Below are positions 17,188 to 26,515 of a stretch of 64,000 nt of DNA, in pieces. Made by a program: the position numbers and the translations under genes. The DNA is from a virus: the IMG/VR virus record IMGVR_UViG_3300042484_002006; one strand, given 5' to 3'. Numbering within the stretch: the stretch's first letter is position 1; each line of letters opens with the position of its first letter. Below the pieces are notes generated by a model that was not told the origin of the DNA, searched no databases, and saw only the letters and a program-made list of their open reading frames with translations.

Positions 17188-18801
17188 ATGGCTATTATAA
17201 AAAAGAAAATAGAAAATTTAAAGCCTGGAAAAGAATATGTTCTTACCGTCAGAGCTAAAAACTCTGATTTAAATGTGCTATCAGATTTCTCTGATAGCAT
17301 TAGATTCCAAGTACCAAATGATTCAACAACGCCCTCTGCATTAACTAATCTCCAGCTATTTGCAGGGCTGGAAAATGTTATGTTTGTTTTCGATTATAGC
17401 CAAGACTTAGATGTAAAAAGATATGAATATGAATTATATCAAAACTCAAATATGTCAGATGAAGGCGGACCACTAACTGGATTTGCAGATGCCAATGTCT
17501 TTACTGTCAGAGTAAGTAATCTTCGGCTAGAAGAAGATGGTGGCGGGCTTGCGCCTTTCTGGGGTAGAGCAAGAACTATCGACACAACTGGAAACGTAGG
17601 ACCGTGGACTTCATTGGTCCAAACTGATCCACATACGCCGCTAATTGACAACCAGTATATTGGATCTCTCACCGTTTCAAAATTAACTGCCGGAACAATT
17701 GGGGCTCATACTATTAATCTTAATGGAGCAAACTCCATTATTCAATCAACTACTTATAGCGACACTTTTGGATTACAAGGGTGGCAGATCAAAGGAGATG
17801 GTAGTTTTAGTCTAGGTGGACCAGATGGTATTACGTATGACAATGACACTATAACAATTGGATCTGATGTTCAGGTCCAAGCAAACTTAGCTGCAGATAG
17901 TATCAGTGTGGGTTCAGGCGGAAACCTGTTAAATATTAATGACTCCATAAATGCTGGTGCAGGTGGAATGACACTGGGCTCTGGAGGATTCAACTATTGG
18001 TACACCAACGGACAGTTCAGAACTGGAAATGCGACTAATTTTGTTTCATGGAATGGTACAGCTCTATCTATAAGAGGAACCTTGCAGTTTGCAGATGGAA
18101 CAACTCCTGGGACATTTGATAATGGTGATGCGATTACTGGTGGAACAATTGCAGGACTAACTATAGGTCCTACAAAGATATACTTTGGAACAGGAACTTT
18201 TAATAATCCGAACACAGCATTTTATGTTGACAACGCTGGTCAGTTTTCCTTAAAAGATCAATTGAGTTGGAATGGAAATACTCTAACTATTGGCGGTACT
18301 GCAGCAACAAGTTTAATTACTGGGGCACAAGTAAACTCTAACGTAACCTCGATTAGTGGTGGAGTTATTACTACTGGAACAATCAATCTAGGTATTGTAA
18401 ATGTTCAAACTGGATCGAGTGGAGCAAGACTGCAAATAAATTCAACAGGAATAAAAGCATATAATGCGTCAGGAACCAATACTGTTTCAATAGGTTCAGA
18501 TGGCATAGCATCTTTTACAGGAGTAATAACTGCGTCATCTGGATCAATAGGTGGCTGGAGCATCGGAGATCCAGGAGGATATGGTGGTAGTATATATGCA
18601 GGGTCTGGGGCAACTTTATCATTTATTTCTCCAACTGGAGTAGCTTGGTTTAGTGGTGGAGTTGTTACATCAAGTATCAATGGTTTTGGTGCTGGCGTGA
18701 CAACTAATGGTGGAGCTTTAAGCACTATGATACTAAGAAATATTAAATATGGTAGTGGAAGGCCAACTGATGGTGCTATTGGAGATATATATCTTTCTTA
18801 G
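17188..18801 (+). CDS. Fibre/spike-like protein with N-terminal FN3-like domains
   Basis: LKPGKEYVLTVRAKN and ARTIDTTGNVGPWT FN3-like strands; Gly/Thr/Ser-rich beta-repeat C-terminal half. Confidence 0.65.
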   Translation: MAIIKKKIENLKPGKEYVLTVRAKNSDLNVLSDFSDSIRFQVPNDSTTPSALTNLQLFAGLENVMFVFDYSQDLDVKRYEYELYQNSNMSDEGGPLTGFADANVFTVRVSNLRLEEDGGGLAPFWGRARTIDTTGNVGPWTSLVQTDPHTPLIDNQYIGSLTVSKLTAGTIGAHTINLNGANSIIQSTTYSDTFGLQGWQIKGDGSFSLGGPDGITYDNDTITIGSDVQVQANLAADSISVGSGGNLLNINDSINAGAGGMTLGSGGFNYWYTNGQFRTGNATNFVSWNGTALSIRGTLQFADGTTPGTFDNGDAITGGTIAGLTIGPTKIYFGTGTFNNPNTAFYVDNAGQFSLKDQLSWNGNTLTIGGTAATSLITGAQVNSNVTSISGGVITTGTINLGIVNVQTGSSGARLQINSTGIKAYNASGTNTVSIGSDGIASFTGVITASSGSIGGWSIGDPGGYGGSIYAGSGATLSFISPTGVAWFSGGVVTSSINGFGAGVTTNGGALSTMILRNIKYGSGRPTDGAIGDIYLS

Positions 18802-18810
18802 GATTATATT

Positions 18811-20952
18811 ATGACTATACAAATTAAAACAGGATCTGGAGCCAACGATTGGGCAACTGTAACTAATCCGCAAATTAAAACAGGACCCGGAGCTAACGAT
18901 TGGGCAAGTGTTAATAAAGGAGAAATTAAAACTGGTGCGGGAGCAAATGATTGGTCAACTTTTTATTCAAGAATAACTAATACCAATCCAACTTTTAGCT
19001 TTGTAAGTGCAACTCCAACCTCCGTAACAGTAAGAGTACAAACATCAAGTTCTGAAAATAAAAGAGTCTTCGCCTATCGAACAAATGACTCAGGAAACTT
19101 TCAGAGTAGCCCAGCTTCACCAACGACTAGTGCAATAAATCAAACATTTACCTTTTCTAATCTAAGTCCAGGAACGTCCTATAACTTTTCTAGCTACATC
19201 GCATTTTATGACGCAGAGGGAATTTTTGTAGAGTTTAGTGTGGTATCAACACTCGACGCCTCAACGGCATCCTATTCAAAAACAACTCCAACAACACCAA
19301 CAAATACAGGAACAATCAGTTCCACAAAACTGTCATTTTCATCTAGCTCTAGCGCCAACTATTCAACTAACGGAGTTACTGCGTATATCAAATTTGACTT
19401 ATACATCTATGGCGGAACTACGCCTGTCCAAACAGTTAATAGCAGCATTCTCCCCTTAGATAATACAACTGCTTCTAGAACTGTTCAATTTACTGGTTTG
19501 ACACCAAATGTAACCTATTACTGTACGGCAGCAACGTATTATGCGTCTCCGGTAAACTCTTATAGTACTTATAGTTCTTTTTCTAGCGGAACTGCTACTT
19601 ATCCATTCCACAAACCAACCATACCGTTTAGGATTGATCTATATACTTGGGATACCAATTTAGCCATACTTACTGATATTAATGCGTATAATAACGGTAA
19701 TGCAAAAATTCAGTGGGAATGGCAATATAGATCACGTGGTACTTTATCTTGGTTGGGAACTACTACATTCTTTGGAACTGAAGTTGTTACCGGAACTAGT
19801 ACGAGTTATTATGGGCAAAATTTTTCTGTTATTCAATCAAGAGAATACCGATTTAGGGCAAGGGTTTATTACGAAACTATCGTAGAGTATGGGGACTGGA
19901 GTGATTGGTCTGGCGCAATAAGAGGGAAAACATGGACTTCCCATACTACCGGGTGGATATCAGCTAGTAGTACAACATCCAGTTCTGACGCCTCAGGCCA
20001 TAGCTCATCTGAGGGTTCAGATGGCAATCAGGGTTCTGTATGGTTCTCTTATCCTTATCGTACAGTATACGGAACTAGTACCAATTATCAACCAATAACT
20101 TATTTTCAACGAAATGCTACTTTTGCCACAAACTTATATTACTTAAACTCCAATCATGCAATTGAGGCTGGAAGACCATCAGTATCTACAACAATTTCCA
20201 GTTTAAGATATGGAGTTACTTCTTTATCAAGAAATACAACACAATCGGCATATGTTGTCCTGACATTAGACTCCGCCACCAGATGTATATTACAGTTTGC
20301 CGATGAAGTTAGAATTTCGGGAAGTAGTAATAGTGCATTTAACCAAAATTACTTAGTATATTCCGCTTCTGGAAGAACAGTTTATTTAGCTCCAACAGGA
20401 ACAACACCAGGTGACTGTACTAGTTCTTCTGGAGGTACTTTAATAGTGAGTACTACGGCTGGAAATAGTGTTAGCGTTTTTGGCGGAACTAGTGACTATA
20501 CATCAGCAGCAGATAACTACTTCACAAGAACAGATGGTGATTATGGGGCTGATGTTCCATTATCTGCAGCAACGGGTCAAGCATCTTATGTTGTCACAAC
20601 ATCTAGTAAAGTATCATCCAGAGTGACAGAATCATTCTCGGCAAACTTCACTCCAAGTCTACCCAGTGGATATAGGAACGCAAAATTATATAAGTTTTCC
20701 ATTAGGGTTGGCCCTACGGGTTCACCTCAAATATCTAGTCTTGTTGTTGATGGAATTAATTATACACAGTATGGTAATATATATAATCTTTCGGCATATC
20801 AGACATATACGGTAACTCCTAATGTGATTAATGATCCACCATATAATATATCTTTTGACATAGATTCAGCTCTTTATTCGAATGATAATTTGTACTATGC
20901 CACAGTAACAGAAGTGCAAGTAGAAATAACCTATGAAACATTGGATGATTAA
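18811..20952 (+). CDS. Ser/Thr/Tyr-rich adhesin/fibre-like protein with FN3-like domains and three N-terminal 17-aa repeats
   Basis: IKTGxGANDW x3; LSPGTSYNF, LTPNVTYYC and REYRFRARVY FN3-like signatures. Confidence 0.65.
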   Translation: MTIQIKTGSGANDWATVTNPQIKTGPGANDWASVNKGEIKTGAGANDWSTFYSRITNTNPTFSFVSATPTSVTVRVQTSSSENKRVFAYRTNDSGNFQSSPASPTTSAINQTFTFSNLSPGTSYNFSSYIAFYDAEGIFVEFSVVSTLDASTASYSKTTPTTPTNTGTISSTKLSFSSSSSANYSTNGVTAYIKFDLYIYGGTTPVQTVNSSILPLDNTTASRTVQFTGLTPNVTYYCTAATYYASPVNSYSTYSSFSSGTATYPFHKPTIPFRIDLYTWDTNLAILTDINAYNNGNAKIQWEWQYRSRGTLSWLGTTTFFGTEVVTGTSTSYYGQNFSVIQSREYRFRARVYYETIVEYGDWSDWSGAIRGKTWTSHTTGWISASSTTSSSDASGHSSSEGSDGNQGSVWFSYPYRTVYGTSTNYQPITYFQRNATFATNLYYLNSNHAIEAGRPSVSTTISSLRYGVTSLSRNTTQSAYVVLTLDSATRCILQFADEVRISGSSNSAFNQNYLVYSASGRTVYLAPTGTTPGDCTSSSGGTLIVSTTAGNSVSVFGGTSDYTSAADNYFTRTDGDYGADVPLSAATGQASYVVTTSSKVSSRVTESFSANFTPSLPSGYRNAKLYKFSIRVGPTGSPQISSLVVDGINYTQYGNIYNLSAYQTYTVTPNVINDPPYNISFDIDSALYSNDNLYYATVTEVQVEITYETLDD

Positions 20953-20958
20953 AAAAAA

Positions 20959-22062
20959 ATGAAATACGTAACGTTTTCTCAATATAAAAATAATATAAAT
21001 ATATATGAAACTTTAGGTAATTTTTTTCCGCCTAGTGATAAAACATTTTTTTTACTTGATTCTTATTTTGGTCAATTATCTATTTCTAAAGTTAATGATG
21101 ATTTTGATTTTTTAAATTTGACAGAAGAATTAATTAATTTTTTTAATATTAAAATTCATTCTATTGAAGAACTAAGAGAATTTGTAAATAACAATTCTGA
21201 TTATCCACTTCAAGTCATGAATGGAACTAGAGATGTATTTAATATTAGTACGCCCCCCCCGTTTGATGAGTTAAACGGACATACCGATCCAGAAAAGATT
21301 CCCCATGAACAATGGGTATGGAATCAGGATAAAGGGCATTGGACTCCGCCAAAAGAAAAGCCAGCCCTGTCTCCAGATTTTGATTTAACATGGAATCAGA
21401 ATAGAATAGATTGGGATATAGCATTGTCAGGATATCCGGATAATAGAATGATTAGGTCTTTTGCACTATGGAATGCAACGCCAAAAGTAAATGGAGAGAT
21501 GTATGCAGAAGTTTGTTCAGCTAATAATTTTATGATGCAGAGCATGCAGGAACTAAATAATAGTGATAATTTCATGAAAGAACAAATTGAATATGGAAAA
21601 GCTATCGCTGAGTCAGGCAAGTATCACGGAAGATTAATTACCATGTTAGACCTATGTCCCCATGCATTTATTATGTACCATGAATCGATTCCTGAGTATG
21701 TAGAAAATGGTGGACATCTGACGTGGAAAAAGCATCCCCATATTGAAGCTCGAACAATTCATGAATTATTTAGAATAATCCTAGAATGGAACTGGGCTTA
21801 TCTAGAGTTGGAAAACAGAGAACCAGCAGCTATCCTATCTCATGAGGTTGTTATGGCATTAGAAATTCCTCAAGAAATCATGGATGAGATAATGTCATTA
21901 ACTCCACAAACTTTATCTAAATTTATATTTAGTGATCCAACAATTCTGGAGGAAGATCATTTAGACCCTGAATGTCCAGAGGGTTTTAAATATTGGATTA
22001 TGGATAAATATAAAAAATTTCCAAGAAGAGAAAAAGATCAAGAACTTCATATTAAGGTATAA
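20959..22062 (+). CDS. Hypothetical protein, paralogue of 22066..23208
   Basis: PHEQWVWNQDKGHWTPP motif; collinear similarity to the next ORF. Confidence 0.8.
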   Translation: MKYVTFSQYKNNINIYETLGNFFPPSDKTFFLLDSYFGQLSISKVNDDFDFLNLTEELINFFNIKIHSIEELREFVNNNSDYPLQVMNGTRDVFNISTPPPFDELNGHTDPEKIPHEQWVWNQDKGHWTPPKEKPALSPDFDLTWNQNRIDWDIALSGYPDNRMIRSFALWNATPKVNGEMYAEVCSANNFMMQSMQELNNSDNFMKEQIEYGKAIAESGKYHGRLITMLDLCPHAFIMYHESIPEYVENGGHLTWKKHPHIEARTIHELFRIILEWNWAYLELENREPAAILSHEVVMALEIPQEIMDEIMSLTPQTLSKFIFSDPTILEEDHLDPECPEGFKYWIMDKYKKFPRREKDQELHIKV

Positions 22063-22065
22063 CTC

Positions 22066-23208
22066 ATGAAATATATTAGTTTTTTAAAAGAAAATCAAGG
22101 AATTAGCATTTACGATATTGCGGGAGATTACATTACTTCTTCTAATCGGATTATTCTCGAAACACGCAATGGAATAACTATATCTCAAGTCGATAGTAAT
22201 TTTAAAATTTCTAATCTAAAAAAAGAAGCAATTAACTTTTTTAATATTAAAACTTATACTTTAAAACAATTAATCACATTTCTCAATACTCAAGCTGGTA
22301 TTGAAGCTCAGGCTATAGGGGAAAATTCAGATATTTTAACAATATCATATTCTCGTTTTAATGATTTAGTGGACAATAAGGATAAACAAAAGCAGCCGTA
22401 TAACAATTGGGTCTGGAACAAAGATATGAATTGTTGGAGACCTCCAGTTGAAGAACCTAAACTTTCAGCAGAATTTTCATATTCATGGAATCAAAATAGA
22501 CTTAATTGGGATATTGAATTAAGAAATCCATGCGAAAGAAAATATAGAGGTTTTCTATTATGGAGAGCAGTTCCAACATATAGTGAAAGTTTTTATGGTG
22601 ATGTTTGCTCTAATAATAATTATATGATCAAAAGTTTTGAAGACATAACTCATGGAACAATGGATTTTATGTCTAAAACAATTTCCAATCATGGAATAGA
22701 AAGACTAGATAATAATCCCTTAGGAAAATTTAAGATTGTAACTAGACATGAAACCGTTTTGGATTTAGCACCTCACGCTATAATAACTTACGATGAAATT
22801 GATCAAGATTACATAGACCAATTTTCTAAAGAAGATTCAAAAAGTCTTTGGGCCATACACCCGCAGTGCATAGGCTCTACCTTGGAAGAATTGTTTAGAC
22901 TTATCATAGAATGGGGTCTAGCATATTTAGAGTTTGGGAATAGGGAACCAATAGCAGTCATTAGCGATAGGGTGCTCAGAGCGATTCAAATGCCCTTAGA
23001 GGTAAGAAATGCTATACTAGAGATACCTGCACAAACGGTAGAAAAGTATATTAAGAATGATTCCACACTACTCATTAAAGATCAAGAGGATCCGATAGTA
23101 CCAGAATTCGTCAAGCATTGGATTATGGAAATGTATCGAACATATTCTAAAAGACTAAATGATCAAGAAGTATACGTAAATACTCTGCTAGACTCCTATC
23201 CAATGTGA
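22066..23208 (+). CDS. Hypothetical protein, paralogue of 20959..22062
   Basis: PYNNWVWNKDMNCWRPP; shared LDLxPHAxI and ELFRxIxEWxxAYLExxNREP. Confidence 0.8.
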   Translation: MKYISFLKENQGISIYDIAGDYITSSNRIILETRNGITISQVDSNFKISNLKKEAINFFNIKTYTLKQLITFLNTQAGIEAQAIGENSDILTISYSRFNDLVDNKDKQKQPYNNWVWNKDMNCWRPPVEEPKLSAEFSYSWNQNRLNWDIELRNPCERKYRGFLLWRAVPTYSESFYGDVCSNNNYMIKSFEDITHGTMDFMSKTISNHGIERLDNNPLGKFKIVTRHETVLDLAPHAIITYDEIDQDYIDQFSKEDSKSLWAIHPQCIGSTLEELFRLIIEWGLAYLEFGNREPIAVISDRVLRAIQMPLEVRNAILEIPAQTVEKYIKNDSTLLIKDQEDPIVPEFVKHWIMEMYRTYSKRLNDQEVYVNTLLDSYPM

Positions 23209-23214
23209 TATAAT
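23206..23214 (+). promoter_or_regulatory. Extended -10 promoter (TGATATAAT)
   Basis: 30 nt upstream of the ATG at 23245. Confidence 0.5.
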
Positions 23215-23244
23215 AATTGCCTATGATTTCAATGAAAGGTAGAC

Positions 23245-23436
23245 ATGGACGATTTAGATATTAACATTCTAGTTCAAACATTCAGCGAAAAAATTGGCCA
23301 GTTAACAACCGATTTGGTTGTAAAAGAGGCAACGATTAAGCAGCTGAACATCAAGGTTGCAAACTTAATCGCTGCAATGCAGCCAGTTAAAACAGAAAAA
23401 ACAATTAAACAAACAAAAACAGACAACTTTGAGTGA
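23245..23436 (+). CDS. Small coiled-coil protein (63 aa)
   Basis: GAAAGGT RBS; heptad pattern. Confidence 0.75.
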   Translation: MDDLDINILVQTFSEKIGQLTTDLVVKEATIKQLNIKVANLIAAMQPVKTEKTIKQTKTDNFE

Positions 23437-23656
23437 GGTAAATAAAATGTCAGAAGAAACAACTGAAATAATTGAAGAAATTCAAACAAATGAGCCAGTA
23501 GAGGCTAAGGAATTTTCAATCGAAATTAAGATTTCAAACGCAAATCTCCAGTACAGAAGCGATTTTAATGAAGCGGAGACAATTTTTTGGATTGAAGCTG
23601 TTAAAAATATCATTATGAAAAACGCTTTCGATAAAGCTAATCTCGACGTTAACTGA
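23429..23656 (+). CDS. Small acidic protein (about 70 aa)
   Basis: ORF track; GAGGT RBS before the in-frame ATG at 23447. Confidence 0.75.
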   Translation: MSEVNKMSEETTEIIEEIQTNEPVEAKEFSIEIKISNANLQYRSDFNEAETIFWIEAVKNIIMKNAFDKANLDVN

Positions 23657-23683
23657 TTAACTTATAAAAAAACACCACTTTAG

Positions 23684-23693
23684 CTACTATTAT
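23684..23693 (+). promoter_or_regulatory. TACTAT-type putative late promoter (portal)
   Basis: CTACTATTAT 26 nt upstream of the portal ATG. Confidence 0.55.
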
Positions 23694-23719
23694 ATATAGT
23701 TTTCATATTGGAGAGATAC

Positions 23720-25378
23720 ATGGCAGTCTTTGACTATTTGCCGTTTAGGCAAGTTGATAAAAATAATAATTTTACAGCCAAAGCACTAGATGGCGAAGAA
23801 ATCAAATCAGTTAGTAGATCGATGAAAGTCGCATCGTTAGCTCTTGGTTTTCAAGGTAATACTTATTTTTACAGCAAAAGATCTACATTCGAACCTTCTC
23901 CGTATGATTTCCATAGAATCATGCAGGCAGCTGACACCGATTCATATGTAAAGCAGGCTTTAAATAAATATAAAGAGTTATTCTGGAAAGAAAATTGGAA
24001 AATTGTAGGTGAAAATCCTGAAGCAATTTCCTACTTATATCAAAGAATAGATTATATGGAATTGGCAATGAAGCGCCCTTTCTTAGATTTTCTGATAGAA
24101 GTCACAGATCATCTCTTTAAATATGGGAACGCATTCATTGTTAAGGCACGTGGAGACATATCGGAATACTTTCCAAGTCCTTTAGAGGGAGTCAATGCTA
24201 GTCAGCCTGTTGTTGGTTATTACTTAATACCTACTGAGCAAGTAAGGATTTTAAGAGATAGACACAATAGACCACAGAAGTATGAACAGAGCACAGATCC
24301 GCTGACGTATATGCCATCAGATCGTGACCCTGTATGGAGCGCAGACAAAGTCATTCATGTCTATATCGACAAGAAAACTGGCAGAGCATTTGGGACGCCA
24401 TTCATAGAATCGGCCTTGGATGACATTGTCGCTCTTCGACAAATCGAAGAGGATATTCAAAACCTGGTTCATAGAGAACTATTCCCATTGTACAAGTACA
24501 CCATAGGAACTGCAGATCAACCAGCAGAACCTCATGAGATAAGCACCGCTGGCCAAGAATTAGAAAATCTTAGAGCAGAAGGTGGATTGATTTTACCTTT
24601 CCGTCACAACATAGAAGTTATCGGGGCTGCCAATACCGCACTCGATGCATCTAAGTATCTTGATCATTTTAAGGAAAGAGTATCTGTTGGATTGGGTGTT
24701 GCGCCTCATCACCTTGGTATGTCAATGGGCGGCGGTAACAGATCAATGACAGATAGATTGGATACAGCTCTTTACGACAAGGTCAAGCAATATCAAAAGC
24801 TTTTCTCTGAAATGGTAAGAGTACATTTGTTTAATGAGCTTTTACTTGAAGGTGGATTTGACCCTATGACTAATCCACTTGAAAGTGATGCGTCAGATCG
24901 TTGTTACTTTAAGTTCAACGAAATAGATGTTGATACTCAAGTTAAAAAAGAAACTCATACTATTCAAAAGTTTACAAGTAATTTAATAGGACTGTCAGAA
25001 GCTAGAATGGAATTAGGCATGGACGCCGATCACGATCCAAAAGATTTCTATGCAGCTATTCAATCACAAATTCAAATAAATGCGAATAAAAAACAAACAG
25101 AACTAAGTGCTTCACTGAAGTCTAAAGACGCCACTATGAACGCCGACAAACAAGAGCCAGCACAAAAAGGTCAAACAAATCTTCCTAATAAAAGAAAAGG
25201 TGCGGGTAATGTAATTCGCCCGACTAATCAGCAGGGAAGAAGCAGCTCAGCAAATATTAGAAGATCAGATAACGCTTGGTTGACACTAGTTGAAAATGCG
25301 CTTGAATCAGAGTATACTATAGTTTATACAAATGATGAAAAGGATGAAATCAATGTCGAACAAAATGATAATAAATAA
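23720..25378 (+). CDS. Portal protein
   Basis: Size and position; HLFKYGNAFIVK, VIHVYIDKKTGRAFGTP and helical stem pattern typical of portals; GGAGAG RBS. Confidence 0.85.
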   Translation: MAVFDYLPFRQVDKNNNFTAKALDGEEIKSVSRSMKVASLALGFQGNTYFYSKRSTFEPSPYDFHRIMQAADTDSYVKQALNKYKELFWKENWKIVGENPEAISYLYQRIDYMELAMKRPFLDFLIEVTDHLFKYGNAFIVKARGDISEYFPSPLEGVNASQPVVGYYLIPTEQVRILRDRHNRPQKYEQSTDPLTYMPSDRDPVWSADKVIHVYIDKKTGRAFGTPFIESALDDIVALRQIEEDIQNLVHRELFPLYKYTIGTADQPAEPHEISTAGQELENLRAEGGLILPFRHNIEVIGAANTALDASKYLDHFKERVSVGLGVAPHHLGMSMGGGNRSMTDRLDTALYDKVKQYQKLFSEMVRVHLFNELLLEGGFDPMTNPLESDASDRCYFKFNEIDVDTQVKKETHTIQKFTSNLIGLSEARMELGMDADHDPKDFYAAIQSQIQINANKKQTELSASLKSKDATMNADKQEPAQKGQTNLPNKRKGAGNVIRPTNQQGRSSSANIRRSDNAWLTLVENALESEYTIVYTNDEKDEINVEQNDNK

Positions 25379-25652
25379 TGAAAAATTATCCCAATACCTA
25401 GGAACAGAAGACGCTGTTAAGGGCCTTCAAAAGGTCGTAGATAATGGTCAAACTAGATTAGCTCTTGAAGTAATTTTCGATATCATTACCCAGCTAATTG
25501 ATAGAATCGATACACTTGAAGAGATTGTATCCACTAAAGAAGATCTATCTCCTGAGCCCGCGCCTACACCCGCGCCCGCGCCCGCGCAAGAGAAACCAAT
25601 TACGAAGGCAAAAGAAACTACCACTGAAATATCAGAGGAAGAAAAGAAATAA
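25353..25652 (+). CDS. Small head-region protein with PAPTPAPAPA linker
   Basis: AAGGA RBS; helical N-terminal part, Pro/Ala linker, charged tail. Confidence 0.7.
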   Translation: MSNKMIINNEKLSQYLGTEDAVKGLQKVVDNGQTRLALEVIFDIITQLIDRIDTLEEIVSTKEDLSPEPAPTPAPAPAQEKPITKAKETTTEISEEEKK

Positions 25653-25655
25653 TTC

Positions 25656-26435
25656 ATGAAACTCTTAATTGGGACTCCAATGTACAAGAGATCATGGATT
25701 CTTCCACATTGGATACGTTGCCTGATAAACCAATCAGTTAATTTCAAGGAAATTGGTTTTGTTTTTGAAGTTTCTCCAGATGATAAAGAAACAATAGCTT
25801 CATTAGAAGCTTGGAAAAGATTCGATAAAAATATACCTTACTTTGAAATTAAGGTAAGAGAAGATATTCCTCATTTTGAACATTCAAACAATGGAAGACA
25901 ATGGAATATATCTAAGTATGTAAATATGGTTTCTTTGAGAAACTCTCTATTGCAAACAGTTAGAGATATCCAACCAGATTATTATTTTAGTTTAGATTCA
26001 GATATTCTATTAACAAATCCAAATACAATAGAACTATTAATAGCTCATATTAAAGCTGGAGCAGATGCAGTTAATCCACTCATGTTTATGACGCCAATTG
26101 GAACACTATATCCGAGCGTCATGGACTGGAGACAGGATGATACATCAAAAGCTTATAGAAAAGAAAAATATGAACTTGGAACATATTTTCAATCAGATGT
26201 AATCATGGCTGCAAAAATGATGAGTAAAGATGTATACAATAATATATCTTATGATGTTCATCAACAGGGTGAAGATGTCGGCTGGTCACTAGCTTGCAAA
26301 AAAGAAAATTTTAAGCTATACTGTGCATCGTATATTTACGCTCCACATATTATGTCAGAAGTATTTTATCAGTCATTTCTCCAAAACGGAGATAATAGAT
26401 ATGAATCTTTATCAGACAACTATACTAAAGTCTGA
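25656..26435 (+). CDS. GT-A fold (GT2-like) glycosyltransferase
   Basis: LLIGTPMY N-terminal strand, RNSLL, YFSLDSD (DxD), GEDVGW. Confidence 0.85.
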   Translation: MKLLIGTPMYKRSWILPHWIRCLINQSVNFKEIGFVFEVSPDDKETIASLEAWKRFDKNIPYFEIKVREDIPHFEHSNNGRQWNISKYVNMVSLRNSLLQTVRDIQPDYYFSLDSDILLTNPNTIELLIAHIKAGADAVNPLMFMTPIGTLYPSVMDWRQDDTSKAYRKEKYELGTYFQSDVIMAAKMMSKDVYNNISYDVHQQGEDVGWSLACKKENFKLYCASYIYAPHIMSEVFYQSFLQNGDNRYESLSDNYTKV

Positions 26436-26474
26436 TATATTCATATAAATTTGTTTAATGTTATAAAAATAAAC

Positions 26475-26484
26475 TTACTATATA
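26475..26484 (+). promoter_or_regulatory. TACTAT-type putative late promoter (protease/capsid operon)
   Basis: TTACTATATA about 30 nt upstream of the start. Confidence 0.55.
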
Positions 26485-26515
26485 AAAAAGAATTATACAT
26501 CAATAGGTGATTTAC

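Noticed and set aside
25555-25590. GC-rich CCCGCGCC micro-repeat as a regulatory element
   Set aside because: Explained by the encoded PAPTPAPAPA linker
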